Positions 1 through 9,139 of a DNA stretch of 64,000 nt are shown piece by piece. Source of the stretch: Patescibacteria group bacterium UBA926 (GTDB lineage: Bacteria > Patescibacteriota > Doudnabacteria > UBA920); the NCBI GenBank assembly GCA_002293685.1, contig DBDS01000002.1, forward strand, positions 31,742-95,741, given 5' to 3'. Numbering within the stretch: the stretch's first letter is position 1; each line of letters begins with the position of its first letter. The notes below the pieces were generated by a model. The model did not search any database and had not been told where the DNA came from. It saw nothing but the letters and a program-made list of their open reading frames with translations. A program made the translations under genes and the position numbers.

Positions 1-1127
1 ATCGCCGCCACAGTTTCGCCACCGCCCGCCACCGTATATGCTTTTCGCTTTCCAATTCCACCAATTACTTTAGCTAAAGCCATTGTGCCAGATCGATAGG
101 GTTTTTCCTCAAAATAACCCATAGGTCCATTCCAGCAAACTGTTCCGGCTGTTTGTAAAATTTTGGTATAAGCTAAAATAGTTTTAGGTCCGATGTCGTA
201 TACTTTATCTGTCTGAGATATTTGTGTTAAGTTCTTTGCCACAATCTTGATCCCTGTTCGTTTCTGAGGTGAGTAAACAATTACATCATCGGGAAAAACT
301 AATTTATGTTTTAGATTTAATAATAATTGTTTTGATAACTGGGACCCGGCTTTATCAAGCTGATCACTTCCAACATTATAACCTTTAGCATGTAAAAATA
401 AGTTTGCCAAACCGCCGCCAATCAAAATTTGATCAGCGCGCTTTCCAAGGCTCATTAACGTTTTGGCTTTATCAGAAATTTTTATTCCGCCCATCATTAA
501 CACAAATGGCTTTTTGATTCTTCCAGAAATCAATATATCTAGCGCGGCTATTTCTTTGGAAAGCAATGGACCCGCATAGCTTGGCAAATATTTTGTAATG
601 GCTGAGTTAGAAGCCTCCGCTCTATGAGAAACACTAAACGCATCATTCACATAGACATCACCTAGCTCAGCAAGTTGGCGTGCAAACTTGTCTTGGTTTT
701 TTTCTTCACCTTCATAAAAACGAATGTTCTCGAGCATAACAATATCGGCAGGAGTTTGATGAATCAATTGCTGACGAACAGTGGCATCGGTAAGATCCCC
801 TGTAAACAAAATAAAATGCTTCACTGCGTACTCTGGTAACTTGGCATCAGCTTTAACAAATTTATAGTTCAGTTTTTCTGCTAGTGATTTTGCAATTGGT
901 TCCAGGGATAGCGACTTAACCACTTTCCCTTCCGGTCTTCCTAAATGCGAAATTATCACGAGCTTATTTCCATTTTTTTGAAGTTGCGAGGTGGTAGGTA
1001 AAGCAGCTTGGATTCTGTAATCATCAAGCAGTTTTCCCGACTTATCAATAGACTCATTTAAATCTAAGCGAAGAATTATTCGCTTATTTTTGAGGCTTTT
1101 ATTTGTGGATATCTGCTTTATTGACAA
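1..1127 (-). CDS. pgk: Phosphoglycerate kinase, runs off the window at its 3' end
   Basis: Manual translation: KRIILRLDLNE near the start, SHLGRP, and VAGGGETVAA at the window edge. Start is probably TTG near 1127 (uncertain). Not in the ORF track. Confidence 0.93.
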   Translation of the reverse strand, partial: MSIKQISTNKSLKNKRIILRLDLNESIDKSGKLLDDYRIQAALPTTSQLQKNGNKLVIISHLGRPEGKVVKSLSLEPIAKSLAEKLNYKFVKADAKLPEYAVKHFILFTGDLTDATVRQQLIHQTPADIVMLENIRFYEGEEKNQDKFARQLAELGDVYVNDAFSVSHRAEASNSAITKYLPSYAGPLLSKEIAALDILISGRIKKPFVLMMGGIKISDKAKTLMSLGKRADQILIGGGLANLFLHAKGYNVGSDQLDKAGSQLSKQLLLNLKHKLVFPDDVIVYSPQKRTGIKIVAKNLTQISQTDKVYDIGPKTILAYTKILQTAGTVCWNGPMGYFEEKPYRSGTMALAKVIGGIGKRKAYTVAGGGETVAA

Positions 1128-1149
1128 TGTTTCTAAATTATGGTTTAAT
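1121..1149 (+). promoter_or_regulatory. sigma70-like promoter for the small plus-strand ORFs
   Basis: TTGACA-17bp-TTTAAT with a TG extended -10. Confidence 0.6.
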
Positions 1150-1194
1150 ACAGAGGTCTGAAATTTAGACAAGTCGCGTACCGAAGGAGGTGTT

Positions 1195-1323
1195 ATGGCT
1201 TTTTTTAAATGGATGGCGAATGCCCATGTCGGCGAAGATGCTCTGTTTGTAAGTCCAGGCACAACGATGATAATCATTATCGCAATGCTTGTAACTGGAG
1301 GTGCATTATGGCTAATCGGCTAG
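1195..1323 (+). CDS. 42-aa single-TM small protein (MAFFKWMANAHVGEDALFVSPGTTMIIIIAMLVTGGALWLIG)
   Basis: AAGGAGGTG SD just before the ATG, hydrophobic C-terminus, upstream promoter; not in the ORF track. Confidence 0.6.
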   Translation: MAFFKWMANAHVGEDALFVSPGTTMIIIIAMLVTGGALWLIG

Positions 1324-1436
1324 ATAAGCCGCAAACAACGAGTTGGTTCGAAACTACCTCCCCCAAAACATTCCTGTTCACTCTAGTAGTGTTTGGACTG
1401 GTATTTCTGATCACAATCTTCTACAACATAGCTTAA
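1308..1436 (+). CDS. 42-aa single-TM small protein (MANRLDKP...FLFTLVVFGLVFLITIFYNIA)
   Basis: GGAGGTG SD before ATG 1308; C-terminal hydrophobic helix; followed by a terminator. Confidence 0.6.
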   Translation: MANRLDKPQTTSWFETTSPKTFLFTLVVFGLVFLITIFYNIA

Positions 1437-1447
1437 CCTCAAGCCCG

Positions 1448-1473
1448 ACCGAACGCTCCCACGTTCGGTTTTT
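1448..1473 (+). terminator. Intrinsic terminator
   Basis: accgaacg/cgttcggt stem followed by a T run. Confidence 0.7.
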
Positions 1474-2503
1474 ATTTTTTTAAAGTTTTACCAACCAACA
1501 CACACTGCTCTACCAAACGATTAGAGTAACCAAATTCGTTATCATACCATGCAATAACTTTTACCATATTACCACCAACAACTTTAGTTAGAGATAAATC
1601 TACGATTGCAGATGAAGGATTCCCGACGATATCGGAAGAAACGATTTGATCTGTTGTAACCGAAATTCTGTCTTTGTACAAAGGATGATTTGCAGCATCA
1701 GTGAAAGCCTGATTAACTTCTTCAGAGGTAACATCACGCGCCAATAACATAGTAAAGTCAGATAAGCTCCCCACTGGAGTTGGAACGCGAATCGCCATTC
1801 CATCGAACAAACCTTTTAACGCAGGTATAGTTTCGGTCGCCGAAATCGCTGCGCCAGTTGTTGTCGGTACGATATTTGTAGCCGCCGCGCGGGCGCGGCG
1901 CATATCATTACTATGACCACCTGGAGGCGGGCCATCTACTAAGTTTTGCTCTGCGGTATAACTATGAATAGTTGTCATCATTGCTTTCTGAATACCAAAC
2001 TTGTTATGCAAGACATGCGCAACTGGAGCGATACAGTTAGTGGTACACGAAGCATTGCTGATAATTGCTTCATCGGAATACTTGTCTTCATTCACACCAA
2101 GTACGAATGTTTTAGTCATTCCTTCATCTTTTGCAGGAGCAGAGATGATTACTCGTTTTGCACCAGCTTGTAAATGAGCTCCTGCTTTTTCACTATCGGT
2201 AAAGCGCCCAGTACTCTCAATGACGATATCTACATCCAAATCTTTCCATGGTAAAGCACTTGGATCCTTTTCAGCGAGCACAGTGAATTTTTTGCCATCT
2301 ACTATGATATGCTTTTCGTCAAATGAAACTTCTTTTCCATAACGACCATAGTTTGAATCATACTTTAACAATCCAGCTAAGGCTTCTGGGCTAGTTAAAT
2401 CATTAATCCCCACTACTTCTAAGTCATGGTTATCTAATGCAATTTTGAAAGCTTGGCGGCCGATGCGCCCGAAGCCATTGATGGCAATTTTAGTTTTAGA
2501 CAT
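1472..2503 (-). CDS. gap: Glyceraldehyde-3-phosphate dehydrogenase type I
   Basis: INGFGRIGR, ASCTTNC, WYDNE motifs. Confidence 0.98.
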   Translation of the reverse strand: MSKTKIAINGFGRIGRQAFKIALDNHDLEVVGINDLTSPEALAGLLKYDSNYGRYGKEVSFDEKHIIVDGKKFTVLAEKDPSALPWKDLDVDIVIESTGRFTDSEKAGAHLQAGAKRVIISAPAKDEGMTKTFVLGVNEDKYSDEAIISNASCTTNCIAPVAHVLHNKFGIQKAMMTTIHSYTAEQNLVDGPPPGGHSNDMRRARAAATNIVPTTTGAAISATETIPALKGLFDGMAIRVPTPVGSLSDFTMLLARDVTSEEVNQAFTDAANHPLYKDRISVTTDQIVSSDIVGNPSSAIVDLSLTKVVGGNMVKVIAWYDNEFGYSNRLVEQCVLVGKTLKK

Positions 2504-2607
2504 TTGTTTTAAATTAATTTATTCAGATACCTGATTGACAGCGCCCCGCTCTGCGAGACTTTTAGTTTCGGGGATGACCCATTTTTAAGCTTCACCTACG
2601 AAATGGG

Positions 2608-2844
2608 TCAATTTATCGAAGGACTGGCATCGAAAGTTTCGATCTGATACCGTTCGGAGCGTAGGTTCGAGTCTGCACCGCCCCGCGAAGGCGTCGAATT
2701 AGTAAATTCAACATATTCAGCTGACTCCAAAGCCTGAGTTCGCCAATAAAGCACTGAACCAACTGCGGCAATGCCAAAAAATATATAAATTAAAAATCTT
2801 AATCTTACATTTTTATCCCTAAGCGAACCACCTTCAATTGCCAT
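2608..2844 (-). CDS. Small membrane-anchored hypothetical protein
   Basis: Starts 1 nt after the fba stop; one TM helix; the C-terminus runs into hairpin-rich sequence. Confidence 0.5.
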   Translation of the reverse strand: MAIEGGSLRDKNVRLRFLIYIFFGIAAVGSVLYWRTQALESAEYVEFTNSTPSRGGADSNLRSERYQIETFDASPSIN

Positions 2845-2845
2845 A

Positions 2846-3712
2846 TTAATTTACTTGATTAATAGTTTTAAACGCCATGAGTTTTGCTTTCGCTGCTTCT
2901 GTAACTCCGGCTATAGCAGGAGATAAATATTTTCTCGGATCAACTTCATCGGGATGTTCGAGCAATGCTGCTCGTAAATTTTTGGTAAATCCGATACGAA
3001 GTTCGGTATCGATATTAATTATGCTGATACCTGCTTTAATAGCTTGATGAATGACATCGTCCGGTACACCACTCGCACCATGCAAAACAAGTGGCACGGG
3101 AACCAACTCAGCAATTCTTTGAATTCTATCTATATCTACTTTCGCCTCTGCTTCTCCTGTCATCTTTATAATGCCATGAATTGTACCTACAGAACAAGCT
3201 AAAGTGTCCACACCCGTTGCTTCCCAAAATGATTTTGCTTCTTCGGGTTCAGTTAGTAGGCTTTCTCTATCGGACACAGAAACCCAGTCTTCGCTGCCAC
3301 GAATACGTCCGATTTCACCTTGCACCCAAGCTCCTTCTTTATGAGCAAACTGAACCAACTCTTTGGTGTTTTTGATATTCTTATCTAAATCCTCACCAGA
3401 GTGATCAATCATCACCGAAGAATAGCCAAGCTCAATTCCCTGCCGCAGTTGATCAACATCTTTACCATGATCCATGTGAAGAGCGATCGGAACTTTAGCT
3501 TTGATCGCCATAGTTGCCATAACTTCAAAGATTGTTTCAAGACCCGCATATTTAATCGCGCCTTCGCTAGTTTCTAAAATTATTGGAGTATTCAATTCTT
3601 CAGCAGCAGCAATAATCCCCCGAGTGATTTCAAGGTTCATTGTGTTAAACGCGGGATATGCAAATTTCCCGCGGACAGATTGTTCGAATAGTTCTTTAAT
3701 GTGAACGAGCAT
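2846..3712 (-). CDS. fba: Class II fructose-bisphosphate aldolase
   Basis: ALHMDHG, SVMID, VGTIHG, LVLHGASG motifs. Confidence 0.95.
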   Translation of the reverse strand: MLVHIKELFEQSVRGKFAYPAFNTMNLEITRGIIAAAEELNTPIILETSEGAIKYAGLETIFEVMATMAIKAKVPIALHMDHGKDVDQLRQGIELGYSSVMIDHSGEDLDKNIKNTKELVQFAHKEGAWVQGEIGRIRGSEDWVSVSDRESLLTEPEEAKSFWEATGVDTLACSVGTIHGIIKMTGEAEAKVDIDRIQRIAELVPVPLVLHGASGVPDDVIHQAIKAGISIINIDTELRIGFTKNLRAALLEHPDEVDPRKYLSPAIAGVTEAAKAKLMAFKTINQVN

Positions 3713-3715
3713 ATT

Positions 3716-4096
3716 TTATGTTTGCCTCTCTACTTTATCTGAACTTGGTTTGGAAAAAAGATAGGACATTAAACAACCAACGATATAAGATATAAACGAA
3801 TTTACCGCAATTAATCCTAGATAAACAGGAACATATATTGAGTCATAATAATTTGGTAAATCTGGATCATAAAATAGCCGTGACTGTAAGTTTAAAAACA
3901 AAGAGTCCATGCTAACCAAAGAAAGTCTAAAATCTTCAGGGATAAATATGAGTTCTGGAACGATTAAAAATCTCTGAATACCACAAAGATTCAACCAGCC
4001 AGAAGAAGTACAAGAAACTAATGACCATTCAATAATAACCACAAATAGAAGATAGCTTATTGCAATCAAAACGGCTAATTTAGAAAAATATTTCAT
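3716..4096 (-). CDS. Hypothetical membrane protein
   Basis: Fills the gap between pfkB and fba with 1-3 nt spacing; two hydrophobic segments. Confidence 0.65.
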   Translation of the reverse strand: MKYFSKLAVLIAISYLLFVVIIEWSLVSCTSSGWLNLCGIQRFLIVPELIFIPEDFRLSLVSMDSLFLNLQSRLFYDPDLPNYYDSIYVPVYLGLIAVNSFISYIVGCLMSYLFSKPSSDKVERQT

Positions 4097-4097
4097 A

Positions 4098-5123
4098 CTA
4101 ATCTTTCATTTTGCCAACCGCTGCAGCAACTTTTGATTTAATTTTTTCATCTGTCATCTCGATAACCTTGAAATGCTTCTGACGTGTGAGCTTGCTCAAA
4201 ATTTGCTTCTTAGTTAGCAATCCTTCTTGCGGACCAACATGCATTACCACATTTCCAGCATTAACTGGAGCCCATCGCATTGCGTCCTTATGAGTAAGCC
4301 CATTTGCTAAAGCACCAACATAAGCCGTAGTGAAACCATCGCCAGCACCTGTAGCTTCTATGCGAGGTCCTGGAAATTCTGGGATATAATAGTAGCCTTC
4401 CGGACCATAACTGTAAGCCCCCTTGCGGCCATCGGTAATTACCACTGTTTCTGGTCCCATTTTCTGAAGCTTTTTGCTGAGTACTTCAAAATCCTCAGAT
4501 TTTCCAACCCAGCTTTGCGCTTCTTCCTTATTAATAGAGAGCACAGTGGTGCGTTCCAGTATCAATTTATTAAACTTTGGACCTTTACGTAGTTGAAAAG
4601 TTCCTGGATTGAAAGCCAATTTAGCCTTCGTCTTGTCTAAATATTTAGCAAGGTCTTTGTAAATTTTTTCGAAACCAACTCCCATGCTAGTTAGATAGAC
4701 CCAATCGGCAGTTGCTAATTTCGGAAGAACGTACTTACGATGCTCGTGGTATACAAAAATTGTCCGTTCGCCTTCATGGCTCAAAACAGTCGAAGCATTC
4801 GTAGGATGATCTTCATCAATTACGATGTAATCTGTCGCAACTTTTTCTTTACGCATCTTGTGAGTGATTTCGCGTCCACCTGTATCATGAGCGAGTACGG
4901 TATAAAAAGCGGTTTTCAAACCCAGACGACTGGAACCAACAGCAGCATTCGCTGCATTACCAGCAACAGTGCGCGCGAATTTTTGCACAGGTAATTTATC
5001 ACCCCAGCTGATTAGAGCTTTGAGCTGACCATTAATTTTCTTAATCTCAATGTCGTCGACAAACAAAAATGTGTCTATCGTGGGATCGCCGATAGCGATA
5101 ATATCGTATTTAGATTTTGGCAT
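4098..5123 (-). CDS. PfkB/ribokinase-family carbohydrate kinase
   Basis: AGNAANAA and EATGAGDGF motifs; start reassigned to ATG 5123 (MPKSK) because the track start lies in a repeat. Confidence 0.9.
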   Translation of the reverse strand: MPKSKYDIIAIGDPTIDTFLFVDDIEIKKINGQLKALISWGDKLPVQKFARTVAGNAANAAVGSSRLGLKTAFYTVLAHDTGGREITHKMRKEKVATDYIVIDEDHPTNASTVLSHEGERTIFVYHEHRKYVLPKLATADWVYLTSMGVGFEKIYKDLAKYLDKTKAKLAFNPGTFQLRKGPKFNKLILERTTVLSINKEEAQSWVGKSEDFEVLSKKLQKMGPETVVITDGRKGAYSYGPEGYYYIPEFPGPRIEATGAGDGFTTAYVGALANGLTHKDAMRWAPVNAGNVVMHVGPQEGLLTKKQILSKLTRQKHFKVIEMTDEKIKSKVAAAVGKMKD

Positions 5124-5133
5124 ATTTTCTCCC

Positions 5134-5239
5134 GTCATCCCCGGGCGAGTCGCTTGTAAAGCGGCGAGAACCGGGGATCCACTAGAAGTCTAATGGATTC
5201 CCGGTCGGCCTTCACTTCGTGAAGCCCGCCAGGAATGAC
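5134..5239. repeat. Family A palindromic element (GTCATCCC...GGATCCA/TGGATTCC...GGAATGAC variant)
   Basis: Terminal GTCAT/ATGAC, nested hairpins; similar to the reverse complement of 35783-35901. Confidence 0.8.
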
Positions 5240-5242
5240 ATA

Positions 5243-6235
5243 TTATTTCTTAACTTTTCTGTTAATTACTTTTTTTATTGTTTGTTTAATAGACTCAACT
5301 CCCATGCCGTATTTCTCCCATAACTCTTCTGGGGTACCACTCTCACCAAAACTATCATTCATACCAACAAATTCTTGAGGCACTGGATAATTTGTTGCCA
5401 AGCATTCAGCAACTGCGCTACCCATTCCACCATGAATTTGATGTTCTTCGAGTGTTACTACGGCTCCTGTTAATTTGGCAGCCCAGATAATTGTTTCTTC
5501 ATCCAAAGGTTTAATAGTATGAAGATTAATCACAAGAACATGAATATTTTCTTTTTCAAGCTCGATAGCAGCCTTAATACCATTATACAGCAACGGACCG
5601 CAACCAATAAGCACAACGTCTTTACCTTCTTTTAAAATATTGGCTTTGCCAATTGTAAACGGACTATCGGTGGTTGTGATAAGTGGAGTTTTTTCGCGAG
5701 TGAGACGTAGATAATGAGGACCTTTCAGATGTGCGATTGCGGTGGTTGCTTTCGCGGCTTCAATTGAATCGCAAGGCTGAATTACTGTTAGATTCGGTAG
5801 GACACGTGTAATTGCAATATCTTCTAAGGCTTGGTGAGTTGCACCGTCTGGACCAACAGAAACGCCTGTATGAGCTCCTATAACCTTCACATTGGCTTCG
5901 CTATAACAAACCGAAACACGCAGTTGATCCCAATTTCGCCCAGGGCTAAAAGTAGCGTAACTTGCCGCAAAAGGAATTTTGCCGGCGAGTGCTAAGCCTG
6001 CGGCAACGCCCATCATGTTTTGCTCAGCGACACCGCATTCAATAAATCGTTCTGGATACTTTTCCGCAAAAGGAAGCACGCGTGTGCTCTCGGCTAAATC
6101 ACCTGTTAAAGCAACAATGTTTTCGTCTTTTGCACCGAGCTCTAACAACGCCTCGCCGAAACCATCGCGAGTCGCTTTTGTTTCAATATCATTTGTTCCG
6201 ATATCTGGATTCAATTTTTGTTTAGGGTTTAGCAT
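5243..6235 (-). CDS. Transketolase, C-terminal (pyrimidine-binding) subunit
   Basis: GVAEQNM, GPDGATHQ, EEHQIHGG; start taken as ATG 6235. Confidence 0.95.
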   Translation of the reverse strand: MLNPKQKLNPDIGTNDIETKATRDGFGEALLELGAKDENIVALTGDLAESTRVLPFAEKYPERFIECGVAEQNMMGVAAGLALAGKIPFAASYATFSPGRNWDQLRVSVCYSEANVKVIGAHTGVSVGPDGATHQALEDIAITRVLPNLTVIQPCDSIEAAKATTAIAHLKGPHYLRLTREKTPLITTTDSPFTIGKANILKEGKDVVLIGCGPLLYNGIKAAIELEKENIHVLVINLHTIKPLDEETIIWAAKLTGAVVTLEEHQIHGGMGSAVAECLATNYPVPQEFVGMNDSFGESGTPEELWEKYGMGVESIKQTIKKVINRKVKK

Positions 6236-6326
6236 TTTGTCAGTTACAATCAATGGTCGAATTATTGTGTTTGAATTTTCATCTTCTGCTGTTTGTTTGC
6301 GAGAAGTATTCCTGCTCCCAATCTTT

Positions 6327-6412
6327 GTTCAGGCGATTATTATTTACTTGGAACGCTTCCACAGTCCCGAAGGGACGAGGACTAGTGACAAGTGAATAAT
6401 AATCGCCTGAAC
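6327..6412. repeat. Palindromic element with 24-bp near-perfect terminal inverted repeats
   Basis: gttcaggcgattattatttacttg / caagtgaataataatcgcctgaac with an inner gtcccgaagggac hairpin. Confidence 0.8.
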
Positions 6413-6416
6413 CTAT

Positions 6417-7268
6417 CTATTCATGTTCGCTTTTAATTTTCCCTTGAAGCGTACGTAATTCCTGCAAAGCAATTTTCGCTTCATCTGGTTTCGGCGGTTT
6501 ACCATGCCATTCGTACTTACCTTCCATAAACTCCACACCCTTTCCTGGAATCGTGTGTGCAATAATCACTGTTGGTTTTTCGTAAATTGCTTCAGCTTCG
6601 TGATAAGCATTGATGATTGCCGAAATATTATGACCATCAACTTCAAGTACATGCCAATTAAACGCTTCGTACTTCGCTCGCAAATCGTCGAGTGGCATCA
6701 CGTCTTCAGTATAACCATCAATCTGAATATTATTGCGATCAATAATTGCGGTAAGATTATGTAGCTTCTCTTTTCCTGCCAACATAACTGCTTCCCATGT
6801 TTGACCTTCTTGTTGTTCACCATCGCTCATAACCAAATAGACCCGATTTTTCTGCTTGTTCATGCGAAAAGCTAAAGCTACACCCACTGCTTGAGAAGAA
6901 CCCTGTGATAAAGGACCGCTGGTCGTTTCAATTCCTGGTAATGATAAATTATGAGGATGACCTTGAAGTCGCGTACCTAATTTACGCAAAGTTTTCAATT
7001 CACTGACTGGGAAGTAACCTCGCTCCGCGAGTGTTGCATAAAGCACCGGACAAATATGCCCGCAAGATAAAATTAACCAGTCACGTTCTTGCCAATCTGG
7101 TTTGTGCGGGTCGATATTCATGACATCAAAATACAACGCTGTAAAAACGTCGGCCATATCTAACGGACCAGCACTGTGACCACTCCCCGCTTCTACTAAC
7201 ATCTTGATAATGTTCTGACGAATCGAGTTTGCAGTAAGTTGTAATTCTGTTGATGATAGTTTACCCAT
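6417..7268 (-). CDS. Transketolase, N-terminal (TPP-binding) subunit
   Basis: SGH, LSCGH, LQGHP, SDGEQQEG, HTIPGKG motifs. Confidence 0.95.
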   Translation of the reverse strand: MGKLSSTELQLTANSIRQNIIKMLVEAGSGHSAGPLDMADVFTALYFDVMNIDPHKPDWQERDWLILSCGHICPVLYATLAERGYFPVSELKTLRKLGTRLQGHPHNLSLPGIETTSGPLSQGSSQAVGVALAFRMNKQKNRVYLVMSDGEQQEGQTWEAVMLAGKEKLHNLTAIIDRNNIQIDGYTEDVMPLDDLRAKYEAFNWHVLEVDGHNISAIINAYHEAEAIYEKPTVIIAHTIPGKGVEFMEGKYEWHGKPPKPDEAKIALQELRTLQGKIKSEHE

Positions 7269-7902
7269 TGTTTATTGCTTCCAATAATTCTTTATAATTT
7301 TCACCGATATCACCCTGAACTAATGCCGAGCCAACAACACAATCACTTGCACCGGCATCAATTAACTTTGCAATATTTTCTGCATTAACACCACCATCGA
7401 CTTCAATGATAGAGCCATGAGTGTGATCACGTAATTCCATCAATCGCTCAATAGTATCAGGCAACATTTTCTGCCCTTGCTTGCCAGGAATAACAGATAA
7501 CAATGTAAAGTGAGTAATATTGTCTGTATAGTAGCGTAGTACAGAAATGGCTGTTTGGGGCGAAACTGCCAAAGCTGGAATCATTTTTAGTTTTCGGATT
7601 GATTCCAAGGCGGTTTCTAAATCTGTTTCGCTTTCGAATGATTCGTAATGAAGGATAATTTTATCGAACCCCACCTTTTTATAGACCGAAAAATCTTGGG
7701 GATTTTTTACCATGAGATGAGCCTCAAACTGAAGTTTGCTTTTTGGTAATTTTATTTCTCCAACAGATACGGTTTTGGTAGCAACAAATTCCCCATCAGC
7801 GAAATCGACCTGAACAGCTTTAATACCCTTAAGTGCAGTAACTTCCTTAAGCTTGCCCTGGAATTGCTTGGCATTTGTTTCCAATAAAGCAGGAATGATC
7901 AT
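7261..7902 (-). CDS. rpe: Ribulose-phosphate 3-epimerase
   Basis: VDFADGEFV, EAHLMV, VDGGVN, VVGSAL. Confidence 0.88.
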   Translation of the reverse strand: MIIPALLETNAKQFQGKLKEVTALKGIKAVQVDFADGEFVATKTVSVGEIKLPKSKLQFEAHLMVKNPQDFSVYKKVGFDKIILHYESFESETDLETALESIRKLKMIPALAVSPQTAISVLRYYTDNITHFTLLSVIPGKQGQKMLPDTIERLMELRDHTHGSIIEVDGGVNAENIAKLIDAGASDCVVGSALVQGDIGENYKELLEAINNG

Positions 7903-8348
7903 AAAAATTTTTCTAATCTAGTTATTTTTTGCACGCGTCTCATATGCCTGGTATCAGTTGAGAATGGGGTGTCGAGCCAAGTTTTTACGATTGCTGTAGC
8001 TTGTTTCAAATTTATAAAATCACTTGGCAAGCATAATACATTTGCCATATCATCATTGCGGCTTAAAACGGCCTGCTCGGTATTCCAAACTAAAGCCGCT
8101 CTAACTCCAGAAAATTTGTTAGCTACTATACAAACACCTTGACCGCTTCGACATAATAAAATTCCCAGATTGGTTACTGGATTCTTGGAAACTTGCTTAG
8201 CAACCTTTACGGCGTAGTCCGGATAATCATCGCCGTCTTTATATTTGGTTGGACCTAGGTCCTTAAACTCAACATTCTGCTTCCGAAGAACTGTAAGCAG
8301 CTGCTGTTTAAGTTTAAATCCGCCATGGTCTGATGCAATATATATCAT
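7899..8348 (-). CDS. rpiB: Ribose-5-phosphate isomerase B
   Basis: ASDHGG, DDYPD, LLCRSGQG, ANK, RH..RV. Confidence 0.93.
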   Translation of the reverse strand: MIYIASDHGGFKLKQQLLTVLRKQNVEFKDLGPTKYKDGDDYPDYAVKVAKQVSKNPVTNLGILLCRSGQGVCIVANKFSGVRAALVWNTEQAVLSRNDDMANVLCLPSDFINLKQATAIVKTWLDTPFSTDTRHMRRVQKITRLEKFL

Positions 8349-8360
8349 AATTTAATCCAA

Positions 8361-8460
8361 AATAGTAGTAAGTAAACAATAAGTAGCAAGGGAAGGTAAT
8401 AAAAGCAGAGTTTAGAAATAATTGTTCTTTTTACTTACTACTTCTTACTCATTACTTATT
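8361..8460. repeat. Degenerate heptamer (TAGTAAG/CTTACTA) inverted array
   Basis: Purine-rich tagtaag-like left arm and cttacta-like right arm; same type as 35282-35355. Confidence 0.55.
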
Positions 8461-9139
8461 AACCAATTATTTTATTGAAATCGTCTGGCAACAAACTGGC
8501 TCCGCCCACTAACAATCCACCGACGTGGTGTTGAGAAAGGAAGCTTTCGCTATTGGTACTATTCACACTTCCCCCATATAATACGCTCTTCACACCAAAT
8601 TTAGTCGTTATATATAGAGCAATTTGTTCAGCATGTTCTGGAGTTGCAGGACGGCCGCTACCAATCGCCCATACTGGTTCGTACGCAACAATTACTTTCT
8701 TTGGATCGATATCTTCCAGATCGGCTGTTAACTGCGAACCCAACACATCTGTCACCTCTAGTTCGTCCTGACTCACCGCGGTACCGTAACCCACGCACAG
8801 AATAGGCGTGATTTTGAAGTGCAACAATGCCTGAAGTTTTTGGTTAATTAACTCATCTCTTTCCCCCATTGTACGTCTTTCACTATGACCAACGATACAA
8901 TACTTCACGCCTAGACTAGAAAGATGGCTAGCAGAAATCTGACCGGTATACGCGCCCTTCACTTGTGGAGATACATCTTGCGCCCCAAGGTGTAGGTATT
9001 TAACTAATGGTAAAAACGCAATTGGCGGACAAAGTACAACTTCATGAGGGCTCACCTGATTAATTTTTTCGGCTAAACCTTCTGCCTCCTTCAATGTTAA
9101 AGGATTGAGTTTCCAGTTAGCGACTATAAGTTTGTTCAT
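8459..9139 (-). CDS. tpiA: Triosephosphate isomerase
   Basis: ANWK, GHSERR, AYEPVWAIG, YGGSV, LVGGASL. Confidence 0.97.
   Translation of the reverse strand: MNKLIVANWKLNPLTLKEAEGLAEKINQVSPHEVVLCPPIAFLPLVKYLHLGAQDVSPQVKGAYTGQISASHLSSLGVKYCIVGHSERRTMGERDELINQKLQALLHFKITPILCVGYGTAVSQDELEVTDVLGSQLTADLEDIDPKKVIVAYEPVWAIGSGRPATPEHAEQIALYITTKFGVKSVLYGGSVNSTNSESFLSQHHVGGLLVGGASLLPDDFNKIIG

Noticed and set aside
2655-2690. tRNA T-arm-like GTAGGTTCGAGTC sequence
   Set aside because: The T-stem does not pair properly, and no acceptor stem, anticodon arm or CCA can be built; at most a degenerate fragment.
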